The notes under the pieces were generated by a model that had not been told where the DNA came from, did not search any database, and worked only from the letters and a program-made list of their open reading frames with translations. Shown one piece after another: positions 63,573 to 64,000 of a stretch of 64,000 nucleotides of DNA. Source of the stretch: Moniliella sp. 'wahieum' (taxonomy: Eukaryota); assembly GCA_003971905.1 (NCBI GenBank), contig RSEE01000063.1:62001-126000 (forward strand), written 5' to 3'. The translations under genes and the position numbers were made by a program. Position 1 is the first letter of the stretch, and each line of letters opens with the position of its first letter.

Positions 63573-64000
63573 TGGGGTATCACAGCGATATCAGCATGTT
63601 CGACGATATCCAGACTGCCCGAGAGGTTCCCAGGCATTTCAGCGAAATCCTGCACGGCTGCGGGGTTTGTATGGGATAAAACCACGTTCCCGGAACAAAA
63701 ATGGTTTAACGGCCATAAGCTGTAGTGGGTTTGGCCATTATCCAAATCTCGCTATAATAGAAGTACTTAGTTAGCTTAACCTCACGTTTGCGCCAAGGTT
63801 ATATATCCAAGCAATTCGCACTTGTTTAATCCTAGTAAGTTCGATCAAATGCATTTTTTGGGTGGGTTAGGGTGTCCATTCTGTCCTGCGGCCACATCAA
63901 CTTTCGCCATCGCGGCCTTAAATTGCGCTTCAACTCTTGATGCCCCTTCAGCACCAAGGACCACACATCCACTCTCTCTCCTGTGGCCACCTTCTCCTCC
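63573..64000 (+). mobile_element. Putative 3' LTR of the copia element (end not defined)
   Basis: TG just after the PPT that follows the RNase H remnant; non-coding, with TATA-like tataat/tatata. No matching 5' LTR recognised. Confidence 0.4.

Noticed and set aside
63864..63872. Telomere repeat (gggttaggg; also ctaaccctaa at ~28438)
   Set aside because: Isolated 1.5-unit occurrences, not arrays.

Overview
GC-rich, gene-dense fungal DNA. The intron-poor genes, GTACGT/GCTGAC/YAG splice signals and protein content suggest a basidiomycete, probably Ustilaginomycotina (inference). Bases 1-52,400 hold about 18 genes: a Sec14/CSR1-like protein, CMC1, a secreted GPI-type alpha/beta-hydrolase-like protein, a probable p31comet HORMA protein, eIF3f, ARMC8/Vid28, Nup82, mitochondrial TrpRS, SQS1, NPC2, an amino-acid permease, a mitochondrial DEAD-box helicase, a USP36/42-like protease, STI1, U2AF65, COX6, a YLR345W-like PFK2/FBPase2 and MGR2/Romo1. 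Nearly all are broken by 1-bp indels, including essential genes, which points to an unpolished long-read assembly rather than pseudogenes. From about 52.4 kb the window becomes a gene-free, repeat-rich block. It contains a 5'-truncated CRE-clade (REL-endonuclease) non-LTR retrotransposon bracketed by a ~51-bp direct repeat, an unclassified fragmented repeat family and degenerate Ty1/copia elements. The CRE element with its long flanking repeat and surrounding repeat family is the most interesting signal. All gene calls are from motif recognition only; no database searches were run, and gene ends are approximate where frameshifts intervene.
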